64,000 nucleotides of DNA. Source: an uncultured Chloroflexia bacterium (lineage in GTDB: Bacteria > Chloroflexota > Limnocylindria > Limnocylindrales > CSP1-4). The position numbers and the translations under genes were made by a program. The stretch covers positions 192,001 through 256,000 of the forward strand of contig CAVQJC010000005.1 of the NCBI GenBank assembly GCA_963712745.1, read 5' to 3'. Positions 20,886-33,698 of this stretch are shown here, piece by piece (position 1 is the first letter of the stretch; every line of letters begins with the position of its first letter). Under the pieces are notes generated by a model. It worked only from the letters and a program-made list of their open reading frames with translations. It did not search any database and was not told the DNA's origin.

Positions 20886-21821
20886 CTACTCGAGTCCCAT
20901 CTCGGCTCGGGTGGGCGGCTCGGCACCGGCGCGGGTGCAGTTGATGGCCGCGGCCTGCACGGCGAAGACGACGGCGTCCTCGAGCAGGTGCGCGTCGGCC
21001 AGCTCCCGGCGGCCGAACCCGTGTTCCAGCCAGTAGGCCAGGAGGGAGCCGCCGAACGTGTCGCCGGCACCGACGGTGTCGGAGACCTTGACCTTGGGCA
21101 CAGGCACGCTGAATTCACCGCCGGCGCAGAAGCCACGGGCCACGTCGGCACCCTGGGTCACGAGCACGGCCCCGACCCCCTGGCCCAGCAGCAGACGAGC
21201 GCTCGCCTCCGGCGAGTCGGCCAGGGCGAGGTACGCGAAGTCCTCGTCGCTGCCCTTGACCAGGTCGGCCCGCTCGAGGATCCGCTTCATGCGCGCCTGG
21301 TAGCGGTCGAAATCGGGCGTGGCGGTGGGCCGGCAGTTGGGGTCGACCATCACGAACGTCTCTTCGGGCGCCTCTGCTACCACCGCCGCGAGCGAGTCGG
21401 CGATGGGCTCCATGGCCAGGCCCAGCGTGCCCACGTGGAGGGCGGCAGGCGCGGGATCGAGCGCCCGCCGCGCATCGGCCAGCTCCAGCCCGGGCACGGT
21501 CGTCCGCTCGATGTACCAGTGGTAGTGAGCTACACCGGCCTCGTCGATCTCAGCCAGCACGAGCGTGGTCGGGTCATCGGTATCGACCACCAGCGAGGTG
21601 CCGACACCGTCTTCCTCGAGCCTCCCCCGCAGCAGCTTGCCGAACCAGTCGTCGGAGATGCGGCCGAGGAACTCGACATCACCGCCCAGGCGTGCCACGG
21701 CACGGGCGGCGTTGTACTGTCCCCCGCCGGCGGCCGGGGTGACCGAGCCGTCCCGGCCGATGATGAGGTCGATGAGCGCCTCCCCCGCGATGACCACCCG
21801 TGGCCGGGCCGCACTCGACAT
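20886..21821 (-). CDS. PfkB-family carbohydrate kinase (fructokinase-like)
   Basis: GEALID, GGGQYNAA, DPNCRP, DTVGAGDTF. Confidence 0.92.
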   Translation of the reverse strand: MSSAARPRVVIAGEALIDLIIGRDGSVTPAAGGGQYNAARAVARLGGDVEFLGRISDDWFGKLLRGRLEEDGVGTSLVVDTDDPTTLVLAEIDEAGVAHYHWYIERTTVPGLELADARRALDPAPAALHVGTLGLAMEPIADSLAAVVAEAPEETFVMVDPNCRPTATPDFDRYQARMKRILERADLVKGSDEDFAYLALADSPEASARLLLGQGVGAVLVTQGADVARGFCAGGEFSVPVPKVKVSDTVGAGDTFGGSLLAYWLEHGFGRRELADAHLLEDAVVFAVQAAAINCTRAGAEPPTRAEMGLE

Positions 21822-22436
21822 CTACCAGCCCTCCCCTTCGAGGTATTCGGCCATCGCCCGGGCGGCCTTGCCACGGTGCGACAGCGCATGCTTCTCTGCC
21901 GCGCTCATCTGGCCCACGGTACGCCCACCCGGCGGCTCCGACTCGGGTTCGAAGATGGGGTCATAGCCGAAGCCGCCCGTGCCCCGCGGCGCGGTCGCGA
22001 TGCGGCCCTCGAAGGCTCCGGCCCGGAAGACCGGCTCGGCCGCAGTCCCGGGATCGATGAAGGCCAGCACGCACTGGTAGCGCGCACCTCGCCGTTCTGG
22101 CGGCAGCCCGTCGAGCTCGGCCAGCAGCTTGATGTTGTTGTCCACGTCGGTCGCGTCTTCGCCGGCATAGCGCTTGGTATACACCCCTGGACCTCCGTCG
22201 AGCGCATCGACTTCCAGCCCCGAGTCGTCGGCCAGCGTGGGCAGCCCGGAGCGCTCGGCGTAGTAGCGCGCCTTGATCTCGGCGTTGCCCTCGAACGTCT
22301 GGGCATCCTCGACCGGCTCGCCTTCGAGGCCCACCTCGTCGGGCGTCACCAGCACCACCTCATCGAGGCCCAGCAGCTGCTGCAGCTCGTCCACCTTGTG
22401 GCGCGAGCGCGAGGCCAGCAGCATTCGACGGGTCAT
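21822..22436 (-). CDS. rdgB: Non-canonical purine NTP pyrophosphatase (HAM1/RdgB)
   Basis: TFEGNAEIKA, LADDSGLEVDALDGGPGV, GFGYDPIF, SHRGKA. Confidence 0.95.
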   Translation of the reverse strand: MTRRMLLASRSRHKVDELQQLLGLDEVVLVTPDEVGLEGEPVEDAQTFEGNAEIKARYYAERSGLPTLADDSGLEVDALDGGPGVYTKRYAGEDATDVDNNIKLLAELDGLPPERRGARYQCVLAFIDPGTAAEPVFRAGAFEGRIATAPRGTGGFGYDPIFEPESEPPGGRTVGQMSAAEKHALSHRGKAARAMAEYLEGEGW

Positions 22437-23179
22437 CCCCCCGACTTCCCTGCCTCGCCCTTGAGCACGGCGTCCTGGATCTCGAAGAGCTTCTTGAGGC
22501 CGCCGTCGGCCAGGCCCAGCAGCTCGTCCATCTGGGCCTTGTCGAAGGGCTTGCCCTCGGCGGTTCCCTGCAGCTCGATGTAGGTGCCGGCGTCGGTACC
22601 GATGACGTTGAAGTCGACCTCCGCGGTGGAGTCCTCGCGGTACTCCAGGTCGAGCAGGCCCTGGCCCTCCACGATGCCGACCGAGATGGCGGCGATCTTG
22701 CTCACGATGGCACGCTCGAGGTTGGCCTTGCGCAGGGCCAGCACGAGCGCGATGTAGCCGCCGGTGATCGACGCGCAGCGGGTCCCGCCGTCGGCCTGGA
22801 TGACGTCGCAGTCGACCACCACCGTCTTCTCGCCCATGGCCGAGGTGTCCACCACGCCACGCAAGGAACGGCCGATGAGCCGCTGGATCTCGTAGGTGCG
22901 GCCGCCGAGCTTGCCGCGCACCGACTCGCGCTGCATGCGCTCCGAGGTAGCCGTCGGCAGCATGGCGTACTCGGCGGTGACCCAACCGGTGCCCTTGCCG
23001 CGCAGATGCGGTGGGACGCGGTCCTCGACGGTGGCCGAGCAGAGGACATGGGTGTCACCCTGCTTCCAGATGAGCGAAGCCGAGGCCCACTTCTGGACGT
23101 CCATCTGGATGTTCACGGGGCGCATCTGGCCCGGTGTCCGCCCGTCAAGGCGGTAGCGCGCGCTTCCACCGATGCTCAT
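22433..23179 (-). CDS. rph: Ribonuclease PH
   Basis: GWVTAEYAMLP, GRTYEIQRLIGRSLR, DCDVIQADGGTR, ELQGTAE. Confidence 0.96.
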   Translation of the reverse strand: MSIGGSARYRLDGRTPGQMRPVNIQMDVQKWASASLIWKQGDTHVLCSATVEDRVPPHLRGKGTGWVTAEYAMLPTATSERMQRESVRGKLGGRTYEIQRLIGRSLRGVVDTSAMGEKTVVVDCDVIQADGGTRCASITGGYIALVLALRKANLERAIVSKIAAISVGIVEGQGLLDLEYREDSTAEVDFNVIGTDAGTYIELQGTAEGKPFDKAQMDELLGLADGGLKKLFEIQDAVLKGEAGKSGG

Positions 23180-24413
23180 AGACCCTCCTTCTCGATCGTC
23201 TCTTGTCGCTTGGCCAGCTGCCACAGGTCATCGAGCGCGTCGAGTCCCAGGGCCTTGAGCTCCACTCCCTGTTCGTCGGCCAGCCACTCCACGCGGGCGA
23301 ACCGCGCGGCGAACTTCCGACTGGCAGACCGTAGCGCGGCCTCGGGGTCGATGCCGAGCTTGCGCCCCATGTTGACGAGGACGAACAGGAGGTCCCCGTA
23401 TTCCTCGCGGCGCTCGGCGTCGTCGGTGGCGGCCAGCAGCTCCGTGGCCTCCTCGGCGACCTTGTCGATGACGCCCTCCAGGTCCGGCCAGTCATAGCCC
23501 AGGCTGGCGGCACGCCCCTGCATCTCGTCGGCATAGGCCAGCGCGGGCAGCGACTTCGAGAGGCCCTTGAAGGCCTCGGGCATGTCCGGGTCGCGCACCT
23601 TGCTGCCGTTGGCCGCTCGCTCGGCGGCCTTCAACTGCTCCCAGTTGCGCATGACCTCGCCGGGTGTGTCGGCCACCACGTCGCCGAAGACGTGCGGGTG
23701 GCGACTGATGATCTTGTTGGTGATGCCGCGCTGCACGTCGGACATGTCGAAGATGCCGTCCTCCGCCGCGTACTGGGCATGCAGCACGATCTGCAGCAGC
23801 AGGTCGCCGAGCTCCTCGGCCAGGTCGGGTCCGGCACCAGCGTCGATGGCGTCGTAGACCTCGTAGGTCTCCTCCAGCAGGAACGGCTTGAGCGTCTGGT
23901 GGTCCTGCTCACGGTCCCAGGGACAGCCGTCGGGCTGGCGCAGCCGATGCACGAGCCAGGGCAGGCCGAACATGCTGGCGGGGTTGAGGGCGGGGTCGAG
24001 CGCGGGCAGCAGGTGCGGGCCGGCCGCGAGGGCGTCCGCGGTGACGGTGCCCACGGTGGCGTCGGCCTGGCTGCCGAGGACGGGGTGGTCGGCGGGATAG
24101 AGCCGGTGCAGCAGCGAGACGGGGTCGGCACCGTGGCCGTGGCGGCCGGGCAGCATGGCGTAGGGGTCGTCGGCCGCCGGCGGGGCGTCGTGGTGGGGGC
24201 GTCGGCCGTGGGGGCGACGTTGGTGGGGGCGTCGGCCGTGGGGGCGTCGGCCGTGGGGGCGTCGGCCTGCGGCGGCAGGATGAGCAGGGCCATACCCGCG
24301 TCGAACGGTCGCGCCACCAACCGGTCGAGGGCCACGAGCTGGAGACCCTCGGCAGGGTCGATCCCGGCACGCGCCAGCAAGGCGGTGGTGGCGGGGTCTG
24401 TGAGGGCGGACAC
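23176..24413 (-). CDS. mazG: Nucleoside triphosphate pyrophosphohydrolase MazG (frameshift near 24190)
   Basis: GCPWDREQ, EETYEV, EELGDLLLQ, RHPHVFG, EEYGDLLF; N-terminus in the 23631..24413 frame. Confidence 0.92.
24183..24267. repeat. 15-bp tandem repeat (ADAPT) inside mazG
   Basis: gtgggggcgtcggcc units with variants. Confidence 0.85.
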
Positions 24414-24441
24414 GTGGCGCTGCTTCGTCGTGCTCGGGCGC

Positions 24442-26905
<2,464 letters not shown>

Positions 26906-27063
26906 GCGAGGACGGTCTCCGGTGTTGGTCGTATCGCGGGATGTGCGTCGCGGGCGGCGCTCACTGGGGGGCGTCCCATCGCTCCGGCGCGCCGCCGCAG
27001 TCTAGCGTGTCACGGCCGAGTCCCGCGTGCCTGCCCGCCCGGCTGGCTGCGGGCGTGGGGCCT

Positions 27064-27250
27064 GGCCGTCGGCGATCGTGGCCGCTCGGCCGTCGGGTTC
27101 ACAGCTGCTCGGCCGTCGGGGTTCGTGGCCGGGCCGGCGGCGATCGTGCCTGGTCAGCCGTCGGTGGCGGCCGCTCGGCCGTCGGGGTTCGTGCCGGGCC
27201 AGCCGTCGGGGTTCGTGCCTGGTCAGCCGTCGGGGTTCGCGGCCGCTCGG
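27064..27250. repeat. Degenerate ~24-bp tandem array
   Basis: gccgtcggggttcgtg core repeated. Confidence 0.8.
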
Positions 27251-27290
27251 CTGCAGCGGCTGTACCCGGCTCGGCCTGGAGGGTTCAGGT

Positions 27291-27467
27291 TCTTCGCGAT
27301 CATTGCACGACTCGGCCGCGATCTCGGTGTTTCGGGGCCGTCCAGGCACTCAGTGTCGCCACCGGCACGCGCTGTCGAGCGTGGCGTGGCGGCCTGGAGG
27401 GCGTCGCTCCGGCCGAGCAGGCGCCCGAGTAGGGCGTGGCGCCCGCTTCGTTCAATGATTGCGAAGA
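27291..27467. mobile_element. Solo ~177-bp inverted-repeat element A (MITE/REPIN-like)
   Basis: TCTTCGCGATCATTGCACGA ... TCGTTCAATGATTGCGAAGA (18/20 complementary). Confidence 0.7.
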
Positions 27468-27478
27468 AGCTGCCACGG

Positions 27479-27573
27479 GGGGCGCTCAGGGGAGACGTGA
27501 TGGCCGCTTCGTGGTCACGTGGGGCGCTCAGGGGAGACGTGATGGCCACTCCGTGGGCGCGTAGGGCGCTCAG
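27479..27573. repeat. 42-bp tandem repeat x2.3
   Basis: ggggcgctcaggggagacgtgatggcc... twice plus a partial copy. Confidence 0.88.
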
Positions 27574-27626
27574 CGGCGGCCCGCCGAGGCTCCGGCTGAC
27601 CACGCCTCGGGCGGTTTCGGGCGCTG

Positions 27627-28673
27627 CTACGCGTCGGTGGACTGCTCCAGTCGCCAGGAGTACTGCGCCCTGTAGTAGTCGTGCCAGTCGCCGCTCTTGA
27701 TGGGCTCCCACCAGTCGCGATGGGAGGCATACCAGTCGACGGTCAGGGCGATGCCGTCTTCGAACGACGTAGCGGGTTCCCAGCCGAGCCCCCGCAGGCG
27801 AGACCCGTCGAGCGCGTAACGTCGGTCGTGGCCCGGACGATCCGGCACCGTGCGCACCAGCGACCAGGGCTTGTCCAGGTGCCCCAGGATGGCCTCGGTC
27901 ACCGCGCGGTTCGGCCGCTCAACGCCGTCGCCGGGGATGTTGTAGGCGGAGCCGGCCTCGCCCCGGTCGAGCACGACGCCGATGCCGTCGGCGTGGTCGG
28001 CCACGAAGAGCCAGTCACGGCGCTGCATGCCGTCGCCGTACATCGGCAGCGGCTCGTCATCGAGCGCGTTGGTGACGAAGAGCGGTATGAGCTTCTCGGG
28101 ATACTGGTTGGGGCCGTAGGTGTTGGCGCCGCGGGTGATGACCGTGTCGAGGCCGTGGGTCTCGTGATAGGCCGCCACCAGGTGCTCGCCCGCTGCCTTG
28201 GCCGCGCTGTAGGGCGAAGTCGGACGGATGGGATCGGACTCGACCGACAGCCCCTCCGGCACGGGTCCGTAGACCTCGTCGGTGGAGACCTGCACCATGC
28301 GGAAGGCGCCGTCGCGCTTCTCCGATTCCGCGCGCGCCGCCTCCAGTAGCGAGTACACGCCCATGACCCCCGTGTGCAGGAAGGCGGTCGGCTCGAGGAT
28401 GGAGCGGTCGACGTGCGATTCGGCCGCGAAGTTGACGATGGCGTCGCAGTCGGCCGCCAATTCCTTCATCAGCGGCTCGTCGGCGATGTCCGCCTGCACG
28501 AAGCGGTAGCGGTCGCTGGTGGCGGGGTCGTCGCCGAGCCCCGCGAGGTTGGCGGGGTTGCCGGCGTAGGTGAGCTTGTCAACGACAGTGATGTGATCGT
28601 CGGTGCCGGCCAACCGCCGATGGACGAAGGTCGAGCCGATGAAGCCGGCGCCGCCGGTGACGAGGGTCCTCAT
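27627..28673 (-). CDS. rmlB: dTDP-glucose 4,6-dehydratase
   Basis: LVTGGAGFIG, DKLTYAGN, FAAESHVDRSI, STDEVYG, YSAAK, DRPGHDRRYA. Confidence 0.96.
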   Translation of the reverse strand: MRTLVTGGAGFIGSTFVHRRLAGTDDHITVVDKLTYAGNPANLAGLGDDPATSDRYRFVQADIADEPLMKELAADCDAIVNFAAESHVDRSILEPTAFLHTGVMGVYSLLEAARAESEKRDGAFRMVQVSTDEVYGPVPEGLSVESDPIRPTSPYSAAKAAGEHLVAAYHETHGLDTVITRGANTYGPNQYPEKLIPLFVTNALDDEPLPMYGDGMQRRDWLFVADHADGIGVVLDRGEAGSAYNIPGDGVERPNRAVTEAILGHLDKPWSLVRTVPDRPGHDRRYALDGSRLRGLGWEPATSFEDGIALTVDWYASHRDWWEPIKSGDWHDYYRAQYSWRLEQSTDA

Positions 28674-29837
28674 GCTCGAAGTCTAGCGGCGGGGTCGCGG
28701 TAGGCCGGGAAGTGCGCGCTGTCAGTGGTGCCGGCCGCGAGGTTCAACTCGTCGTAGGCGACGCGGTCCACGATGCGGCCACAGAGGTAGGAGGGACGGG
28801 TCTGGTCGGTCCAGCCATCCATGAACGCGATCTCCGCCGCGGCCATGTCCACCACGCCCGCGCTGGCACCATCGGCTGAGATGGCACTATCGGCCGAGCT
28901 GGCACCATTGGCAGCGCCCAAACCATGGACCGAGCTGGCACCATCGGCCGAGCTGGCACCATCGGCCGAGCTGGGACCAACGCCCGAGCTGGCACCATCG
29001 GCCGCGCTCCCATCATCGGCCGAGCTGGCACCAACGCCCGCGCCCGCACCAGTGCCCAGGTCCACCGTGCCCAGATCCAGCCGCCAGAGCCCTCGGCCGG
29101 CCATGTCCTGGGCCGCTGCGCCGATGAGCGCGTAGCGCGCACCCAGCTCCTCGCCGGTCTCGCTCGTCACGAGCGCCTGCAGATGCGCATCGTCACCGCT
29201 CACGTAGACGAGGCCGAAGGCGACGGGCCCGTCCTCGGCCACGGCCGTGAGCCCGACGCAGCCGGGCACAGACAGCTGCCGCTCCAGCGCGGCCCGCCCC
29301 AACGGGATGGAATCGGCGCCTGGCAGGTTGAACGGCCTCCGAGATGTGCCGACACGCAGGGCAGCCCAGTCGTCGAGCCGGCCGACTGGTGCGTCCTCGA
29401 TGTCGACATCGACCAGTCCCATCGCTCGTCGCACCGCGCGGCGGTGGTCGCGAGCGGGCCAGAAGGTGGCCAGGTCAGCCACGTAGTGCTGGGCATGGAC
29501 ACGGACCAGGTCGGGAAAGGCCTCGCGCGCCGACGCCTCGGTCAGCGGAGCGAGCGGATCGGTCAGGGCCCTGACCGTGACGACGTCGACCAGGTCGGCC
29601 GTCTCGAGCAGGTCGCGATCGAAGGCGCGCCAGTCGCGGCAGACCAGCCAGGGGTCGCCCATGACCGCGTCGCGCCGGGCGGATCCGGGGACGGTGCGGG
29701 TGAGCATCCAGGCTCCGCTGCGACGAAGGTGGCGAACCTCGCCGACCTCGGCGTAGGCCTCGGCATAGGCCGGGTGCAGGTAGCCCAGGCGTCCGGCAGC
29801 GGCGAACAGGTCGCTCCACCGGGAGCAGCTCGTCCAC
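28670..29837 (-). CDS. GNAT/FemAB-like acyltransferase-fold protein (possible frameshift near 29820)
   Basis: GYLHPAYAEA, HYVADL, HRRAVRRA, YLCGRIVD, FPAYR; GTG immediately after the upstream stop. Confidence 0.55.
28862..29040. repeat. 18-bp tandem repeat x~10 (SSADGA), in frame
   Basis: gctggcaccatcggccga units. Confidence 0.88.
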
Positions 29838-29838
29838 G

Positions 29839-31134
29839 CTAGGCCCCGTCGGGACCGACCGATGGGGAGACCGCGTCGGGATCGACCAGCCGGGGTACCT
29901 CGTCGAGGTCGATCTCGCGCGCGAAGAGCCGGAAGAGCCCGGCCAGGAGGCGCTCGGCCGGATCGTTCGGTCGCTTGTGCCGCAGCGTCTGTCGGCGCAG
30001 CCACAGGATGGGTCGGCCCTGGAGTCGGCGCACGACCAGCCCCAGTCCGCCCAGGCCCGCGCTGAGCACCCGGCTCGGCACCGACCGTCCACGGCTGGGA
30101 TCGAGCTGGCCGCGCAGGCCCAGGTATACGAGGCGGCCGCCCGAGTGCGCCCGGTTCAGCTCGACGATGTCCACCGGGGACGGACGCTGGACGACGAGGG
30201 CGCGGCGCGCCAGGTCAAGCAGCAGGCGCTCGTTGCCGGGGCCGACCGCGTCGCCGACCGGCACCAGCGCGATCTCACCACGCGCGTCCAGTGCCCCTTC
30301 GTAGCCGTGCTCGCGCAGGAAGGCCGCGAGGTGCAGCGCGGCGAAGCGCCTGGCATCGGCGGACATGCCCGTGCGCCAGCGCCCCACGCTCGAGGTGTTC
30401 AGGGGCCCGGAGACGGACGCCTTCCACCACTCGTGCTCGGCGGCCACGTTGGCAGCGCTCGCGCGCGAGTCGAGCATGGCCGGCTCGTACTGCTCGCCGA
30501 TGAAGTCACAGATCGCGCGCAGCTGCGGTTCCGGGTCGCTCACCAGGTCCTCGTAGCGCAGCGTCATGGCCCCCGCGTCCGCCGCGATCCGCTGGCGTGA
30601 TGCACGGTCGTCCTGGTCGACGCGCACGAGGTTGCCCACCACCGAGTCCTTGGCGAAGGGCATGCCTGCCAGCGACAGGGCCACATCACGTGGATCGCGC
30701 ACGATGCGCACGATGCGGGCATCGGGCCAGAGATCGCGCAGCACATCGGTCATGAGCAGGTGGCGTGGGGTCTTCTCGATCCAGCGCGCCTTGCCCGCCC
30801 GCCGCATGTGGAGGACGGTCAGCGACTCGAGCATGGCCGCCAAAGACGGCGTCCGCTCGGTGAGGAACGAACCGATCTCGAAGAGCTCCAGGCCGAACAG
30901 CTCGACGACGGGATGACCCTGGTTCTGCAGCGAGGCGATGAAGTCGACGGCCGGCCGCGGCCAGGTCAAGGGGTCGAGGATGCGCGAGCGCTCCCCGGCC
31001 GAGACGTGGCGATAACGCGCGAAGAAGCGCGACTCCGGGCCGCAGTCGAGCCGTGGGTGCGCCGAGAGCATGGCCGAGAGCATGGTCGTCCCGGAGCGGG
31101 GCACGCCCACGACGAAGATGGGCGCGTCAGTCAT
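29839..31134 (-). CDS. Sulfotransferase (Sulfotransfer_3)
   Basis: IFVVGVPRSGTT, EKTPRH, RDPRDVALS, RYEDLV. Confidence 0.9.
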   Translation of the reverse strand: MTDAPIFVVGVPRSGTTMLSAMLSAHPRLDCGPESRFFARYRHVSAGERSRILDPLTWPRPAVDFIASLQNQGHPVVELFGLELFEIGSFLTERTPSLAAMLESLTVLHMRRAGKARWIEKTPRHLLMTDVLRDLWPDARIVRIVRDPRDVALSLAGMPFAKDSVVGNLVRVDQDDRASRQRIAADAGAMTLRYEDLVSDPEPQLRAICDFIGEQYEPAMLDSRASAANVAAEHEWWKASVSGPLNTSSVGRWRTGMSADARRFAALHLAAFLREHGYEGALDARGEIALVPVGDAVGPGNERLLLDLARRALVVQRPSPVDIVELNRAHSGGRLVYLGLRGQLDPSRGRSVPSRVLSAGLGGLGLVVRRLQGRPILWLRRQTLRHKRPNDPAERLLAGLFRLFAREIDLDEVPRLVDPDAVSPSVGPDGA

Positions 31135-31160
31135 CAGCGCTGCCAACGCCGGCCATCGCG

Positions 31161-32577
31161 CTAGTCATCGACGGCGTCGGCACCGGCGCGTTCGGGCAGG
31201 TCCTCGGCGCTTGTGAGGCCGACTGGCGCCGGCAGGTCATCGGCGCTTGCGAGGCCGAGGCGCCGGCAGGTCATCGGCGCTTGCGAGGCCGACTGGCGCC
31301 GGCAGGTCATCGGCGCTTGCGACGCCCACGAGCGCCGGCAGGTCTTCGGCCTCCATCGACGTGGCCAGCACCTGCAGCAGGCGGGCGATGACCCGCTCCC
31401 CGGCATCGTTGGGATGCCGCCTGATGAGGCTGAGCCGGCGCACCCACACCACCGGCCGTCCCTGCAGCCGTCGGGTCAACAGCAGCAGCCCCAGTCGCGC
31501 GAGATCGATCACGCGCCGCGACGTCGGGCGCTCGCGGTCGGGATCGAGCTGGCCGACGACCCCGAAGAACACCAGCGGCTCCTGCAGGTGCAGCTCCTCG
31601 ATGGTGTGCGGCACCGGCCGGCGGATGGCCACATCGGCGGCAGCGAGGCGCAGCAGCACATCGTCGTAGCGGGCGTTGACCGCATCGCCGGAGGGCACGA
31701 TGGCCAGCACCCTCTTGGCCGGCACCGCCTGGCCGTAGCCATGCTCCGTCAGCAGCGGGCCGAGGTTGAGAGCCACGTAGTGCTGGACGTCCGGCGGCAT
31801 CTCCTCAGCCCAGCGGCCCGAGCGCGAGCGGTCGAGCGGACCGGTGGCGTCCCCTTTCCACCACTCGTGGGCCGCCGCCACACCGGTCGCTGAGCTGCGG
31901 TCCTCCAGCATGGCCGGCTCGTAATCGACACCGACGAACTCGCAGATGCGCCCGAGTTCGCTCTCGGGCGTGGCCACGAGGTCCTCGTAGCGTACGGTCA
32001 GGGCCACGTTCGGCTCGCGATAGAAGTCGGCCGCCGCCTCGTTCATGCGTGCCAGCTCGGACAGGTTCGTCAGCAGCGAGGGCGTGCCGAAGGGCACCTT
32101 GGTCAGCGACACCGCTGCATCTCGTGGGTCACGCACGATGCGCACGATGCGAGCCCTGGGCCAGGTGCCCGTGATGAGCTCGGGGTAGGCCAGGTGCCGG
32201 GGCGTCTTCTCCACCCAGCGCGGAGCGCCGCTGCGCACGGCCCGCTGCTCGGTCAGCGACTCGAGCATGGCCGCCAGCGATGGCGGACGAATGGCCAGCC
32301 AGGCGCGGACCTCCTCGAACGTGAGGCCGTACATGGGATAGACCGGCTGCTTGCCCAGCGACAGGCTGGCCACGTAGGCGGTCGCCCGCTCGGGCCAGTC
32401 GGCGGGGTCCAGGATGCGTTCCTGTTCACTGCGGGCAAGTCGGACCCAACGCGAGAAGAAGTGCGTTTCAGGCCCGCAGTCGAAGGCCGAATGGGCCGCC
32501 AGCATGGCCGACAGCAGCGTGGTCCCAGAGCGGGGGCCGCCGACAACGAACACGGGCGCGGACGTGTGGCTGGTCAC
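31161..32577 (-). CDS. Sulfotransferase, paralog of 29839..31134 (frameshift in the repeat near 31258)
   Basis: VFVVGGPRSGTT, EKTPRH, RDPRDAAVS, RYEDLV; tail in the 31161 frame. Confidence 0.88.
31195..31351. repeat. 36-bp tandem repeat x~4 (one unit 34 bp)
   Basis: ggcaggtcatcggcgcttgcgaggccgactggcgcc units. Confidence 0.9.
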
Positions 32578-32744
32578 GTCGCCGACTCTATCAGGCCACC
32601 GACCCCGCGGACGGCCGTCGGCCGCTCGGCGCCGCGCGTGGCGCACGGCCCCGCGCCCGTCGGCCGGCACGGCACGGAGCTGCACGGCGAGGAGCGTGAT
32701 TCCCACGGGGATTCGGCCTGCGTCTGCTACCGTCTAGGCCGTCC

Positions 32745-33698
32745 ATGGGAGTCATCAACGAGACACCTGCTGCCTTCCGCAGCAGCAATGATCGGCCGGG
32801 CCCGGCCGTACTCATCCGAAATGCCTTCAGCGACGTGTGGTCACGCCGTCGACTGATCGGTTATCTGGTCCGCGCGGATGTCAAGAAGCGCGGCGTGAAC
32901 ACCGTGCTCGGCAATATCTGGTGGGTGCTGGACCCGCTCATCACGATGCTCATCTACGTGCTCGTGATGACGGTCATCTTCCAGCGCAGCACGCCCGACT
33001 TCCCGCTTTTCCTGCTGAGCGCGATGGTGCCCTTCAAGTGGTTCACCGCGACGGTCGGCAGTTCGACGACCGCGGTCATCAGCAAGGAGGGCCTCATCAA
33101 GCAGGTCCTCTTCCCCAAGATCATCCTGCCCGTGACGCTGTCGCTGTCGCAGATCGTGAGCTTCCTCTTCGGCATGCTGGTGCTCATCGTGGTCTGGCTC
33201 TTTGCCTACACCGACCACGTGACGATCCAGGTCGTGTGGGTGCCGCTCATCGCCTTCGTGCAGTACTTCTTCGTGCTCGGCTTCACCTTCCTCCTGAGCG
33301 CGGTGACGGTCTTCTACCGCGACGTCGGCATCGTCATCGGCCACTTCATGCGCCTGCTCTTCTGGATCTCGCCCATCCTCTGGTCCTTCATGGAGGTCGC
33401 CGGACGAGGCGCGCGCCTGCAGACGGGCCTGGCCGGAGTAGAGGAAGCGCTGGGCCTGCCCAGCGGCGTCCTCTTCGGAGCCATCTCGCTCAACCCCATC
33501 TCCATGCTCATCGAGTCCTACCGCAAGGTCATCTACGGCCACCTCAGCCACAACGCGCAGGATGAGCTCATCTGGACGCCCGCGACCCCGCCTGACTTGG
33601 CCATGCTCGCGATCGTCTTCACCATCGGCATCGTCATCATCATCATCGGTACCCTCATCTTCAAGCGGCTCGAGCCCGCCTTCGCGAAGGTGCTCTGA
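32745..33698 (+). CDS. wzm: Polysaccharide ABC exporter permease (Wzm/TagG)
   Basis: LGNIWWVLDPL, FPKIILP, YRDVG, LFWISPILW, LNPIS. Confidence 0.88.
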   Translation: MGVINETPAAFRSSNDRPGPAVLIRNAFSDVWSRRRLIGYLVRADVKKRGVNTVLGNIWWVLDPLITMLIYVLVMTVIFQRSTPDFPLFLLSAMVPFKWFTATVGSSTTAVISKEGLIKQVLFPKIILPVTLSLSQIVSFLFGMLVLIVVWLFAYTDHVTIQVVWVPLIAFVQYFFVLGFTFLLSAVTVFYRDVGIVIGHFMRLLFWISPILWSFMEVAGRGARLQTGLAGVEEALGLPSGVLFGAISLNPISMLIESYRKVIYGHLSHNAQDELIWTPATPPDLAMLAIVFTIGIVIIIIGTLIFKRLEPAFAKVL

